Positions 22,833-35,707 of a stretch of DNA of 63,220 nucleotides are shown here, piece after piece. Each line of letters opens with the position of its first letter. Within the stretch, counting starts at the first letter, position 1. Position numbers and translations under genes: made by a program. The notes under the pieces are model-generated. The model saw only the letters and a list, made by a program, of their open reading frames with translations, searched no databases and had not been told where the DNA came from. This DNA is from Chiloscyllium plagiosum (Eukaryota), in contig NC_057710.1 in NCBI RefSeq assembly GCF_004010195.1, positions 151,211,478 to 151,274,697 of the forward strand, in the 5' to 3' direction.

Positions 22833-25688
22833 TCTATTTTGTAGTTAGTAGTTTTTCAGTGTACCAGGTACAGTTGTGCTTGCTGGTTCAGAATAATTAA
22901 GGAAAAGCTCAGCTGAAGATCTCCCAAACTATTGCCATACTTGCTAATGCTTTTGAGTTGTTTCTACTGTTTCTCAGGGGTCCTGTTAAAATTGTGGTAA
23001 TAGATTCACAGTGAAACTCCATGTGGAAATTGCTGCTGAAAACACCTGGCAGACTGTGATTTGTACAATAAACACTCCAGGAATGGACGGAAGCCCATCT
23101 GAAGATGAGAAAGACATTCCCATGCAATCAAAACCAAAAGTTCAGTAAATTATTTTAAAACGTCAATTGGATTATAGAGCCAATCCAGCATTATAGACCA
23201 CTGCATAAAGCCAATTCTTGGTCCCATGTTGTGCACCTGGCAGGACGTGGGCAGAACCTACAGGAAAGCAATTGTGATCCATGATTCCATAGTCATCTCT
23301 GTCAAATTCCTGGACCCTGCTGATAGCACTAACAATCAACAAATAGCCAGTGCAGTGAAACTGAGAGAACGTTTCAATTCTATTCCTTTACTCACAAATT
23401 GTAACTGTACGGTTATGGCTAAATTCTGCAGTTAAGGTTGACAACAAGACTTTCTGTTCATTTCCTCAGTAAAAGATTATTATTATGCATCATCAGCAGT
23501 CCAGCAGGGAGCAGTATGGTGACAGTGCGCTTTCAGCAGCTGATTCAAGATTTAGTATTACTGAAAATTTTGTCAACAACCAAAACAGATTGCAAGAGGA
23601 AATTAGTTTTTGGCCTCACATTTAAGTGAAGTTTGGTTGTCCTTAAATTTGGTTATTCAAATTTAAAGTGTGCTTATTCCCATTCAATATAGATTCCAAG
23701 CAGAATCGTATCTTTTGGGAATGTTTAACTATATTGTAGAAAATAGGAGTATTTTTGTTGCCACACCAGAATGCAACTATTAGGTGTGCCTATTTAAAGA
23801 TGCGAGAAGGGCTCAAGAACCAAAAGCAATCTATCCGACTGCATTTACATTTTATATAATAAGTTGTTTTCAGGTGTTAACTGATTTCATAGGGAAGGAA
23901 TGCAACAAAAATCAAAAGGTATCACACATCATGACGATTATTAGTTTGCATAAACTCACATGGCAAAGGCTGCTCGATATGATTATCAGTGGGAATTTCT
24001 AATTATATCACACAATCAATTGACACAATTGATTTGTTATAATTTTTGAATGAAATCACCTTGTGTAATATTAATAACCAAATGTGTGATAAAATGGTGT
24101 TAATTTCGCATAAATAAATTTCATCCAATTGAGTAGATAAAAGCTGCAAAATCTAATTCGGTGGTACTCATAATTTTGGTGTTACAGACATCACTTTTCA
24201 GACACAGAAGGGTCTGAGGTAACGTGCTGGTGCTCCCCACAACAATCACTATTTTGGTAATATATCTGATATATGCACAGCAGGCAAATCAGAATGTCAG
24301 TAAGCTTTTAGTACTAATTTGACTCTACTGATGCCATTTTTGACCTGAATGATCCAATTAATGCCTCCTCTTAACTTGAGGTAGTTAATCATGCATTCAA
24401 TAATAAGAAGGAACCCTGCTAGTTAAATCTAAAGCAATCATTGGCTACTAACGTTGGTTAGTAGATGATTGATTTCTACTGCCTGTTGTTGAGTCGGTCA
24501 AAGTATTTGCAGGATTATATTGATGTTAAAGGTTAGTGAACTCTACAGCGAGTGGTGTGTTACATGCTGAACATCTTCATTCTTAATTAAAAGGTATGAT
24601 GAAAGATGTATTACCATTTAGGATTTGAATTTTAGAATAGTGCCAGATATATTTTTGACAATTCTACTGTTTTAAATGGTCAGGAAGTCATTTGACACTC
24701 ACGCCCCAGAATATACATAGCTTCAGTCAAGTGCCTGGCAGGACACCGGTGGTGTAAATGAATGGAATGTTTATTTTGCTGAGTTTATAACAAACCAAAG
24801 GGCATCTCCATTTAACTTCTGACTTCAATTTAGAAGAATCAGGAATTCAGTTCAGGAGGGAGAACAGTTTGCTTCTTGCAGGAGAATCAAGTTTTAGTCT
24901 GTGGGAAGCAGCCACTTTAGCCAAAGTGTTTTGAATTCATGAAGCTTCTAAACTGTAAGGGTTTGTAGTCTTCACATTGTTGGAACTGAAAAAGAATAGG
25001 CTGTTGAACTGAGAAAGAATCATGCCAGGACGCCCAAAATGAATCAAAACATGTTTGAGCACTGCAAAGAAGAAGAAGTGGGAAGTGTCAGTTAAGTAAG
25101 ATATTAACAATTGACCTCGGAGTGATGGCTCTCTGGGATTGAATATTTATAAAATGATAGTAGAACATAGAACTGTACAGCATCAAAGCGGGCCTTTCAG
25201 CCCATGATCTTGTGCCAAACATGATGCCAAATTAGATTAATCTCTTCTGCGGGCCCTTTATCCATATCCCTTCATTCTTTGCAAATTCATGGGCTTATCT
25301 AAAAGTCCCTTAAATGTCCCTATTGTAGCTGCCTCTACCATCACCCCTGGCAGCACGTTCTAGACTTCTACCAGTCTCTGTATAAAAACCTTGCCTCTCA
25401 CATTTCCTTTGAACTTTCCCCCTCTCATGCCCCATAGTATTAGGTATTTCAACTCTGGGGAAAAAAATGTTCTCACCATCAACCCTGTAAATGCATGTTA
25501 TACTTCTATAGACTTTTATCAAGTCTCCCCTCAGTGTCCGCCATTCCAGAGAAAACAACCCAAGATTTTCTAGCCTCTCCTTATAGCTAATCCAGGCAAC
25601 ATCCTGATAAACCTCTTCTGTAACCTTTCCAAAGCCTCTACATCCTTCCTGTATTGTGGCAACCAGAACTGAACACAACACTCTAAGT

Positions 25689-28011
25689 GTGGCCTAACCA
25701 AAGACTTATAAAGCTGCAACATGACATCCGGACTCTTGTACTCGATTCTTCGACTAATAAAGGTGAGTGTGCCATATGCCTTTCTTACCACCCTATCTAC
25801 TTGCACGGCCACTTTCAGGGAGCTATGGGCTTGAACCCCAAAATCCCTCTGTACATCAATGCTGTTCAGGGTCCTGCCATTAACTGTATGCTTTTTCTTA
25901 ACATTTGATCCCCTAAAGTACAGAACCTCACACTTACCTGGATTAAATGCCATCTGCCATTTCTCCACCCATACGTGCAACTGATCTATATTCAGCTGTA
26001 TCCTTTGACAACCTACACTATTTACAACTCCACAGATCTTTGTATCATCCGCAAACATACTAACCTACCCATCCACATTTTCATTCAAGTCACTTATATA
26101 TATCACAAACAGCAGAGGTCCCAGTATGGGTCCCTGTGGGACACCACTAGTCACAGACCTGCAGCCAGAAAAACATTCTTCCATCACTACGTTCTGCCTT
26201 CTACGAGCAAGTCAATTCTGAATCCATGTGGCCAAGTCATCGTGGATTCCAAGAATCTTAATTTTCTGGATGAGCCTACCATGAGGGACATTGTTGAAAA
26301 CCTTACTAAAAAACAATGTAGACAACATCCACTGCTCTACCCTCATCGATCACCTTTGTTACCTCCTCGGAAAATCCAATCAAGTTAGTAAGACATGATC
26401 TGCCCCACACAAAGTGATGCTGACTGTCTTTAACAATTCTCTCCAATAGCTTCCCAATTACCGATGCGAGACTCATCAGCCTATAGTTTCCTGGATTATC
26501 CTGATTTCCCTTCTTGAACAGAGGAACAACATTAGCTACTCATCAGTCATCCGGGACCTCTCCAGTGGCTAGCAAGGATACAAAGATCTTGGTTAAGGCC
26601 CCAGCAATTTCTTCTCTTGCCTCTCCCAATATCCTGGGGTAGATACCATTGGGGCCTGAAGTCTTCTACACCTTAATGCTTTTCAAAAGATCCAACACCA
26701 TTTCTTTCTTGAACTCAAAAGGCCATAGCATATTAGCGTGCTCCATATAAATCACGAGAACTGACGGCTCCCAGTTCCGGTAACATGTAGAGTGAGTATA
26801 AGCCAGACCCGTTGTAAGTATGAGACCTGGTTGTGGCGACGCTGCGGGGAATAAAATGCTCATATTCTAGCAGACTCGCCTCTTGGTCGTTTGTTCTGTG
26901 TCAGACTACTCTCCTACGAACCTGACCTTGAGAATTTTTTAAAACAGTGGCCTAACCAAAGACTTATAAAGCTGCAACATGACATCCGGACTCTTGTACT
27001 CGATTCTTCGACTAATAAAGGTGAGTGTGCCATATGCCTTTCTTACCACCCTATCTACTTGCACGGCCACTTTCAGGGAGCTATGGGCTTGAACCCCAAA
27101 ATCCCTCTGTACATCAATGCTGTTCAGGGTCCTGCCATTAACTGTATGCTTTTTCTTAACATTTGATCCCCTAAAGTACAGAACCTCACACTTACCTGGA
27201 TTAAATGCCATCTGCCATTTCTCCACCCATACGTGCAACTGATCTATATTCAGCTGTATCCTTTGACAACCTACACTATTTACAACTCCACAGATCTTTG
27301 TATCATCCGCAAACATACTAACCTACCCATCCACATTTTCATTCAAGTCACTTATATATATCACAAACAGCAGAGGTCCCAGTATGGGTCCCTGTGGGAC
27401 ACCACTAGTCACAGACCTGCAGCCAGAAAAACATTCTTCCATCACTACGTTCTGCCTTCTACGAGCAAGTCAATTCTGAATCCATGTGGCCAAGTCATCG
27501 TGGATTCCAAGAATCTTAATTTTCTGGATGAGCCTACCATGAGGGACATTGTTGAAAACCTTACTAAAAAACAATGTAGACAACATCCACTGCTCTACCC
27601 TCATCGATCACCTTTGTTACCTCCTCGGAAAATCCAATCAAGTTAGTAAGACATGATCTGCCCCACACAAAGCGATGCTGACTGTCTTTAACAATTCTCT
27701 CCAATAGCTTCCCAATTACCGATGCGAGACTCATCAGCCTATAGTTTCCTGGATTATCCTGATTTCCCTTCTTGAACAGAGGAACAACATTAGCTACTCA
27801 TCAGTCATCCGGGACCTCTCCAGTGGCTAGCAAGGATACAAAGATCTTGGTTAAGGCCCCAGCAATTTCTTCTCTTGCCTCTCCCAATATCCTGGGGTAG
27901 ATACCATTGGGGCCTGAAGTCTTCTACACCTTAATGCTTTTCAAAAGATCCAACACCATTTCTTTCTTGAACTCAAAAGGCCATAGCATATTAGCGTGCT
28001 CCATATAAATC
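25689..28011. repeat. Direct duplication of 1065 bp (25689-26753 and 26947-28011) with a 193-bp spacer
   Basis: Constant offset of 1258; ORFs 25975-26388 and 27233-27646 are identical. The only mismatch noticed is T26415 vs C27673. Confidence 0.95.
26754..26946 (+). mobile_element. Probable 3' end of a young LTR
   Basis: CpG-rich compared with flanks; TATAAG, then AATAAA near 26850, GT-rich tcttggtcgtttgttctgtg, terminal ...AACA. Confidence 0.55.
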
Positions 28012-30594
28012 TCACTACCCTCCATATCCTTCTCTTGGGTGAATATTGATGCAAAGTACTCATTTAGGTTCCTCTGCCTCCAAGCACAAGTTCCCTCCTT
28101 TATCCTGGAGTGATCCTACCTTCTCTAGAGTTATCCTCTTACTTTCTATGTATGTATATAATGCCTTGGGATTCTCTTTAACTCTTCATGGCCCCTTCTG
28201 GCTCTTCTAATTCTCTGTTTGAGTTCTTTCCTGCTTTGTTTATATTCCTCACAGGCCCTGTCTGATTTTTGCTTCCTATAGCCTTAGATATGCTTCTTTT
28301 TTTTCTGTTTGACTAAATTCACAACCTCCTTCATTATCCAGGATCCTTGTCATCCTTGTCTTTCCTCCTTACTGGAACATGCCGGTCCTGAACTCTGATC
28401 AGTAGGCCTTTAAACAACTCCAACATGTCAAATATAGACTTGCCCGATAACAGCTCTGCCCAATCAACATTCCATAGCTCCTGTCTAATACTTATGTAAT
28501 TTGCCCTCCCACAATTTAGTACGTTCCTGCAACGTCCTGACCTATCCTTATTCATAGTTATCTTAAACTTAAAGAGTTTTGATCACTGTTTCCAAAATGC
28601 TCTCCCACTGAAATTTCAGTCATCTGGCTAGGCTCATTGGCCAATACAAGGTCAGCATGGCCCTTTGTCCATTTGGACTATCCATATATTCTTTCAAAAA
28701 CCCTTCTGGATGCACTTAACAAACTCTACCCTGTCTAAGTTTCTTGCTCTAAGGGAGTCCCAGTCTTATATTGAGAAAGTTGAAGTTACCAATATGACAA
28801 CCCTGTTGTTATTGCATGTTTCCATAATCGGCTGACATATTTGTTCCTCAATGTCTCGGTGGCTGTTCAGTGGCCTACTGTATAACCCTATCAGAGTGAC
28901 TGCACCAATCTTATTTTTGAGCACTCTCCATATTGCCTCAGTGTATGAGCCTACAGTATATCCTCTCTGAGTGCAGATGTAAGATTCTCCCTAATTAATA
29001 ATGCAACTCCTCCACCTCTTTTACCTTCCTCTCTATGCATCTAAAACAACAAAACCCTGGAAAGTAGAGCAGCCAATCCTGTCCCTCTCTCAACCATGCC
29101 TCTGTAATGGCTACAACATCATAGTCCCAGGTAATGATCCAGGCTCTAAGCTTATCTGCCTTTTCTATAATACTCCTTGCATTGAAATAAGCATACTTTA
29201 GGCCCATTAGTACCATTGTGTTCATTTACCTGTCCTTCCTTTCTGTCTTACTGGTGCTAATATCTACCTTCCCCTCACTCCCTTCATTGCCAAGATGCTG
29301 CTCTGGTTCCCAGCTCCCGGCCTGTCTAGTTTAAGCCATCCTGAGTAGCACTAGTGAACATCTGCATGAGGATATTGGCTCCCCTCCAGTTTAAGTATAA
29401 CCCATCCTTCTCATATAGGTCACCTCTGCCTCAGCAGAGGTGCCAATAATCCAAGAACCTTAAACCGTGCCCCTGCACCCTTTCCTTAGCCTTGCATTCA
29501 TCTCTCCTATCTTTATATTCCTTGCCTCACTAGCACATGGCACTGGTAGTAACCCAGAGATTACTACTCTCAAGATCCTGCTTTTCAGCCTCTTTCTGAA
29601 CTCCCTGTACTCACTCTGCAGGACCTCTTACTACCTATGTCATTGGTACTAATGTGTACAATGACCTCTGGCTGCTCACCTTCCCCCTTAAGAATTTCAC
29701 CTAACTGCTCAGAGACATCTTTGACTCTGGCACTAGAGAGGTAACACACCATCCTGGAATCTTGAACACGGCCACAGAAATGCAACACTGTGCCCCTAAC
29801 TAGCAAGTCTTCTACCAATATCGCTTGCTTGGACTTTGCCCAACCCGGTGCTACAGCAGAGTCAGTTGTGGTGCTACAGGCCTGGCTGCTGCTTTTATAA
29901 TACCCTGAGATGCTTACCCCACAACAGTATTCAAAACGGTATACTTGTAAGACAGGGAATAGCCACCGGAGACTCCTGCACTACCTGCCTACCTCTCCTG
30001 GCAGTCACCCATCTACCTGACTGAACCTGTGGGAAACTGAGTGAATGAATGATTTTTATTGTGATTTTACAGTGTAATGATTTTACAGTGAGAAAAACAG
30101 TAAAATACAGTGAAAAGCTTTTCCACTGTCACCACACTATGATGCCACTTCAAATAGTTTTAAGAATAACAGATATAGAACAATACAGCTTAAAAAGAGT
30201 CTATCAGTCCTGAACCAGCTCATCATCAACAACGCCTTTGTGCCATCACTCCTCCATAGCCTCACTGCCATCTACCCTGGACCCAACCAACATTGAAGTC
30301 ACCATCTCAAAGATGCCATCTTTTGACATTGGGCCCATTCTTCACAGCCACCACCTTGTCACCATTCGCTCTGGACTCTCCAACGTCACAGACGCATCTC
30401 TCACAGCTGGACTCACCTCGTTGATTTTGCTATGATGCCCTTCTACCACCACTTTGTCACCTGGGTCCAACCAATCACGGAATTGTCAATCCTCAGGCGC
30501 CATCTTTCACCACTGAGCCTGACTTGCCAACATTATCTCCATCAGTGTAGCAGCTATTGATTCTGATGCCAGGTCCCATGCTTGCTCTAGAAAA

Positions 30595-31410
30595 GCGGAG
30601 GCCCTTGCAGCAATTTTTGCTTCAAATGTAGCCACTGGTGAAGTTCCAGAAGAGTGACTAATGTTGTTCCATTGTTAAAGAAAGGTAGCAAAGACAAGCC
30701 AGGGAACTACAGGCCAGTGAGCCTGACATCAGTGGTAGGCAACTTGTTGGAGAGGATACTGAAGGTCAGGATTAACCAACATTTGGATAACCAAGATTTG
30801 ATTATGAATAGTCAGCATGGATTTGTGCACAGGAAGTCATGTCTGACAAATCTTTTAGATGTTAGGTTACACTTGTAAAAGTCGTTGGTGAGGTCGCACT
30901 TGGAGTATTGGTCATCCTGTTACAGGAAAGACAGTTAAACTGGAAAGAGTGCAAAGAATATTCATGAGGATGTTGCCAGGACTAGTCGGCCTGAGTTATA
31001 GGGAGAGGTTGGCCAGGGTAGGAGTTTATTCATTGGAATATAGGAGAATGAGGGGTGACCTTATTGAAGTGCATAAAATCAGGAGGGGTTGGATAGGATG
31101 AACGCATTTTTCCCAGGGATGGGGATTTGAAACTAGAGGGCATAGGTTTAAGGTGAGATGGGAAAGATTTAAGGAGGACCTGAGAGGCAACTTCTTCACA
31201 CAGAGAGTGGAGCATATATGGAATGTGCTGCCACAGAAAATGGTTGAGACAGGTACAACTGTAACATTTAAAAAGTACATGGATGGGAAGGGTTTAGAGG
31301 GATATAGACCAAATGCAGGCAATTGGAACTAGCTGAGTGGGCACCACAGTTAGCATGGACCAGTTTGGGTCGAAGGGCCTGTTTCCATGCTGTATTACTT
31401 TATGACTCCA
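30595..31410 (+). mobile_element. CR1 LINE fragment with internal deletion
   Basis: NVVPLLKKGSKDKPGNYRPVSLTSVVG..SQHGF..SCLTNLL joined directly to the C-terminal region and 3' tail. Confidence 0.88.
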
Positions 31411-33510
31411 AGGTTAATTCCTTGAGACCTGCAGAACATTCTGGTCCAGAAAACCCGACTTCAGACCACATCACTTCAGCTTGGATGGCGGCAGCCGCCT
31501 GCATTTAGCTCTTTGCCCTATCTAAAGGCCATTTGTGCCTTTTGTTTCGTGAAACGCAGATCCTACCTCTCAACTAAACCTCTATGCAGTTTCAGTATCT
31601 GAGCTGATAGCCACAAAAGTGTGCATGAGTAATGTTATTCCTTCTTCAGCCCTGTTTGTTTGGTCTTTGTCCTTAACCACTGCCTGATCAGGTTAGTTTT
31701 TGGGTGCCTGGAAGGATGAAGCCAAAGGCTTGGATTCTGTTGTTGTTGGTGATGACGATGGTGGAGGTGGTGGGGAGGGTAGTATATCATAGATAAATGC
31801 TCAGTCTCAATGCTGGCCACGGCCCCCACAATGGTTGTTATGATAATTGGTACCCATCATCTCCTCCGTGTAGGTAAGGACATGCAGCTGTCTACTGCTC
31901 TGTGGTGGCTAGATACAAGATGTGAGCTAAGTGGTACAGGTTGTTGAATTCAGTATTTAAACATGCATTTGCGGAACTCAACCACTCAATACTGAACTTC
32001 ATGCAGCACTGCACCAAGGTACAGGGAACTAGATTCCTGCCGCTGACCAAAACAGCCACCTGGTACCAGAGCCTTCTTGTCAGGACAGCCTCCTGTGGTA
32101 AAATGGAATAATTCCTCCTCAGCAGCTCCTTCACAAGATTTCCAGTGTTGCACCAAAAAATCTGGATGACCAACCTTGCCATGATTCAGTGTTTTTTTAA
32201 AAATACAGAGCTCTGCTCTATGAATGCAAGCAGAAATAACCTGCTCTTTAGTTGGTGAAAGCTGGCTTAAGTTCCAGCCTTTCACGGTTTGATCAGATAG
32301 GCAGCCACTCAACAATATGCTTCGTTCTGGTGCATGCTCCAATAATACATGTTTGCATGCTGCTTTCATCAGTTACACCTAAGTTAATTGCATATTGTGA
32401 TTTGCTTGCCCCTTTTCTGGCCTTGTCAAATTTTGTAACCAAAGCTTTACGGAAAATGACAAATTTTAATCTGGCCTTTGACTTAACTCTATTGTAATAA
32501 TCAAACGATTTTGAGAAAATTAGATTCTGTTGTGTTGACTAGGTTTTTTTACACTATAGTTTGGAGTTTTCTGACTCACTGGAACAAAAACATTTCTGTA
32601 CAGTACATGAAATGAGACATTTAATGTTGAAATTGGACGACATTTTTCTTGCAAATATTCATCATGTTAAATTCAATCTATGTTTGCATTCCTTTTTCAC
32701 AGACAGTTTCCACAGTGATTGTTGAGAATACATGTTCAGTTTGTGAATTTGACCAGTTCAACTTCATGTAAAGGCTCATTCTTTCCAATTCAATTCGAAC
32801 CTATGATATCTAGATCTAATGTGAAGATTGGTCTGTATTATGCCAGGGCAGGGTAATAGGTGATGGAAAGTGCATTATGCAACAGAATCAACTCCAATAG
32901 GGAGCCGCCCTGCCACATTCAGCCAAGATCCAAATATCACACCTCAAAATAAATTTTTTGTTTTTAGAAATTAAGGTTTCTATCCAAAATATGACACCTC
33001 AGAAACAATTCTAAAATAGAGGGATAATGTTTTCAAACTGCTCCACACTGTAATGTTTAGGATGTTTGCCTGAATCTATGAAAAGACACAAAGAAATCAT
33101 GCTAATGTTGTTGTGAAGTTGGGTAGAATAATTGCAGATTGTGAGACAGGAAGTTAGAATTTGCTGTGTGTAAAAGTGTAAAATGCTAGGAGGGGAAGCA
33201 TTGCATGGTCTCTTTAAAAGATGGTGTTTTTTGAATGTGTAAAGATTAAAATGGATGTCTGTGAGCAGCAGGTTGGGCGTGTGCTGGTGCACAGAGAGTC
33301 CGAACTGCAACATTGTACTGTCTTTCAATACAAGCTAGTAGGTCAAGCAGCAGTTTTTATTGAGACAACAGGTTTTTTGAATTTAGCCACTCAGTTTGAA
33401 CCAGGCACTTAGATACCAAAAATCAATTAAATTTAAATCTGATGGTTTTGACAACATAGGACCAATCCTATTGTAAGGAATATTGATATGTTATCAAGGG
33501 TATACAAGGA

Positions 33511-33563
33511 GGCAGATGGCAGTTCACCCTGGGACAAGATCCCAGGGTGAACTGCCATCTGCC
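33511..33563. repeat. Perfect 24-bp-arm hairpin with 5-nt loop
   Basis: ggcagatggcagttcaccctggga-caaga-tcccagggtgaactgccatctgcc. Confidence 0.95.
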
Positions 33564-34451
33564 AGAGCTAACAGCCCTCAGTGCTCTCTCTCTCTCTCTC
33601 TCTTGAGATTTCGAGACTAGTTTTTTTTTGTTATATGAGTGGGAATTGTACTTATTAGAACAGCATACCAACTTGTTTTATTCAGGAATAGTTTGTAGTT
33701 AGATGAGATTTATTTGGTTTGTTAATTGTTTAGTTAATTTGTTCATTGTTAGAGTTAGATAAATAAGTTATTACTTGTTGATTTTGAAGTGAATGTCAGG
33801 GATTTATTTTACTTAACCACTAGAAGTTGCTAGAAAGCAGGTTACATCACTTTTCACCCTCTTTTTGCAGATTATAGGGTGAGGTGATCCTCTTTAGGTG
33901 TATCGGTTTTGATTCTTGGGGGGGTGGGGTCAACCTCCACTTTATCACAATGTGCACACTGTGAGTAGCTGAAAGTTGCAAAGGGACATCATAGTTAGTC
34001 AGTTCTTTCAGCAACAATCTTGAGGACAAACACCAAAATGCTGTAAAGCTCAGAATGAATGAGGCAACAAAAATGCCCCTGCCTGTCCTTTTACTACCCA
34101 AACAATATGTTTGCCTTTTCACCTCCTCTGTGCAGGAAGCCAGGTACCAAAGTATGCAGATTCATTATGCCAATTGTCAAACATCAGGCCAAGTGATCAC
34201 AGTCTAACAAGAAAACTGAACACAAACCAGCAAGGGATTTCATGAGCCAGTGATTATTAATACATCTTTTAGTGAAAATATTGATGTTATCTCATCAGGA
34301 TCTCTAAAAGCCATTTACTGCTTAAAGATTTTTATTTGCTTTATTCACTGATGCTGTTCTTTAAATAGTCATGACTGATATTGCAAGAAGCCATCACTTG
34401 ATAATTTGGCCATCACGGGCAATTTAAAACCAATTTAGTTTGAGCAACTTA

Positions 34452-35401
34452 TGACAATGTAAAAGGCTGTATTTTGATTTTCTGTATTTTTGACTGTGTA
34501 CTGAATTGGGAAAAGAACTGTCTTAAAAATGAAAAAGATTGAAGGATTGCTTCACTTTTTAAAAACAAGTAACCTGACATCATTGTAAGTATTGTTTACA
34601 TAGCTGTTTGTTCAAACTGAGGTGGAAACCTGGTTTGCAGATTAGCTGAAACCAAGAGGTGAGTATGAATAGAGCTATGGTAAAGCTTTGGCTGGCAGTA
34701 AGTAACTGACTGGTCTTGCACTAGTGACCAGTTATTAATGACAAAGGCCTTCTGCCTATCAACAACAATATGATTGGCTCACAGTTAGCCAACCAGCTTG
34801 GAGGTATGAATGTTTTAGCAGAAATCATAAGATCTCCACAGCATAAAAAGTTGCTCGTGCTCTGCATTAAAAAGCATTAAGCCCTAAGTTAGCCAGTTTA
34901 TTTCCATCTTTTGGTTGCTGTAAGATGTGACTTTTAATTCACAAGTTCAAGATCTTTATAAATGGGAACCAGTCACCCTGTGCCTCCTGCAAACTGATGA
35001 AAGTATCTGGAGAAGGAACACAGACAGGCAGCTTTCTGATGAGGACAAGAATTATCTTAGCAAACTGTGTGAACAGGGACCACTGAACTGCTAGTCTTAA
35101 TCTTTCCCTCTGTATGTAAAAGGTCTGTCTGTATGTATTCTTAGAAAGGAGTTTATACTGGGGCTAGGGTTTTAACTCTTAGTTATTATGTCAATAGCTT
35201 GTAACTGCTTAACTGTGGCTTGAATCTGTTTATTTGTCATAAACAGTCATTCTTGTTAAGTAAAAAAATCTACTTCCTGTTAACCTGGGTCTAAAAGACA
35301 AGTAAATTGTGGAATTCTGTGTACTTACTATAATTTCTAAATGTCATGACAATCCCAGGATTAGTTTCATTTTCATTGCACTATCCCTGCTAGCTGTAAC
35401 A
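34452..35401. mobile_element. Candidate solo LTR (950 bp)
   Basis: TG...CA termini flanked by ACTTA at 34447-34451 and 35402-35406; 3' end gctgtaaca. Confidence 0.45.
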
Positions 35402-35549
35402 ACTTAGTGATCTCAGGTTAAATCTCACTCTCAGTGAATATCTTTTTAATGTTGGTCTCAACATTTGCTGCAAAAACAAAATTTAGCCCAAGGCTCAGAA
35501 ATGTTTGGTAATATGTATAGTTAGACAGTGATATTTTCTTAAAACTTAC

Positions 35550-35707
35550 CTCATGCATACTGTCAAGGACTTTGGTCAACTGATAAAACCGTTGCCAGTT
35601 TTGTCCACAATTATTTTCATTTCTTGCTATAACTCTCCTCAACTCCTTGATATAGTTCAATCTCATTTCGTCAAATGCAGTTTGACTTTTCAGGCCATCT
35701 TTTGGAA
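35550..35707 (-). CDS. NR3C2: Mineralocorticoid receptor LBD exon (equivalent to human exon 8), 158 bp
   Basis: Acceptor ttgcattacacag, donor gtaagt. Translates (I)[52 protein letters not shown]; EMR.NYIKELR and NN.GQ are MR-like. Confidence 0.92.

Larger units (their letters stand above)
25160..30030 (-). mobile_element. Long decayed CR1 LINE: ORF1 esterase-like fragment, APE endonuclease, RT and 3' tail; contains an internal duplication
   Basis: DSRMVCYLSSARVKDVSE..PEVIVHISTNDIG (ORF1-type), YFNARSI..YDVVAITEAWL (APE), FADDTK and LYKSLVRPHLE (RT/C-terminus), tail ttctatgttcta at 25160. Confidence 0.9.

Noticed and set aside
31620-32380. Possible decayed DNA-transposon (Harbinger-like) coding remnants, also at 53330-53900
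   Set aside because: Only vague resemblance; no clear catalytic motif or terminal inverted repeats could be verified.
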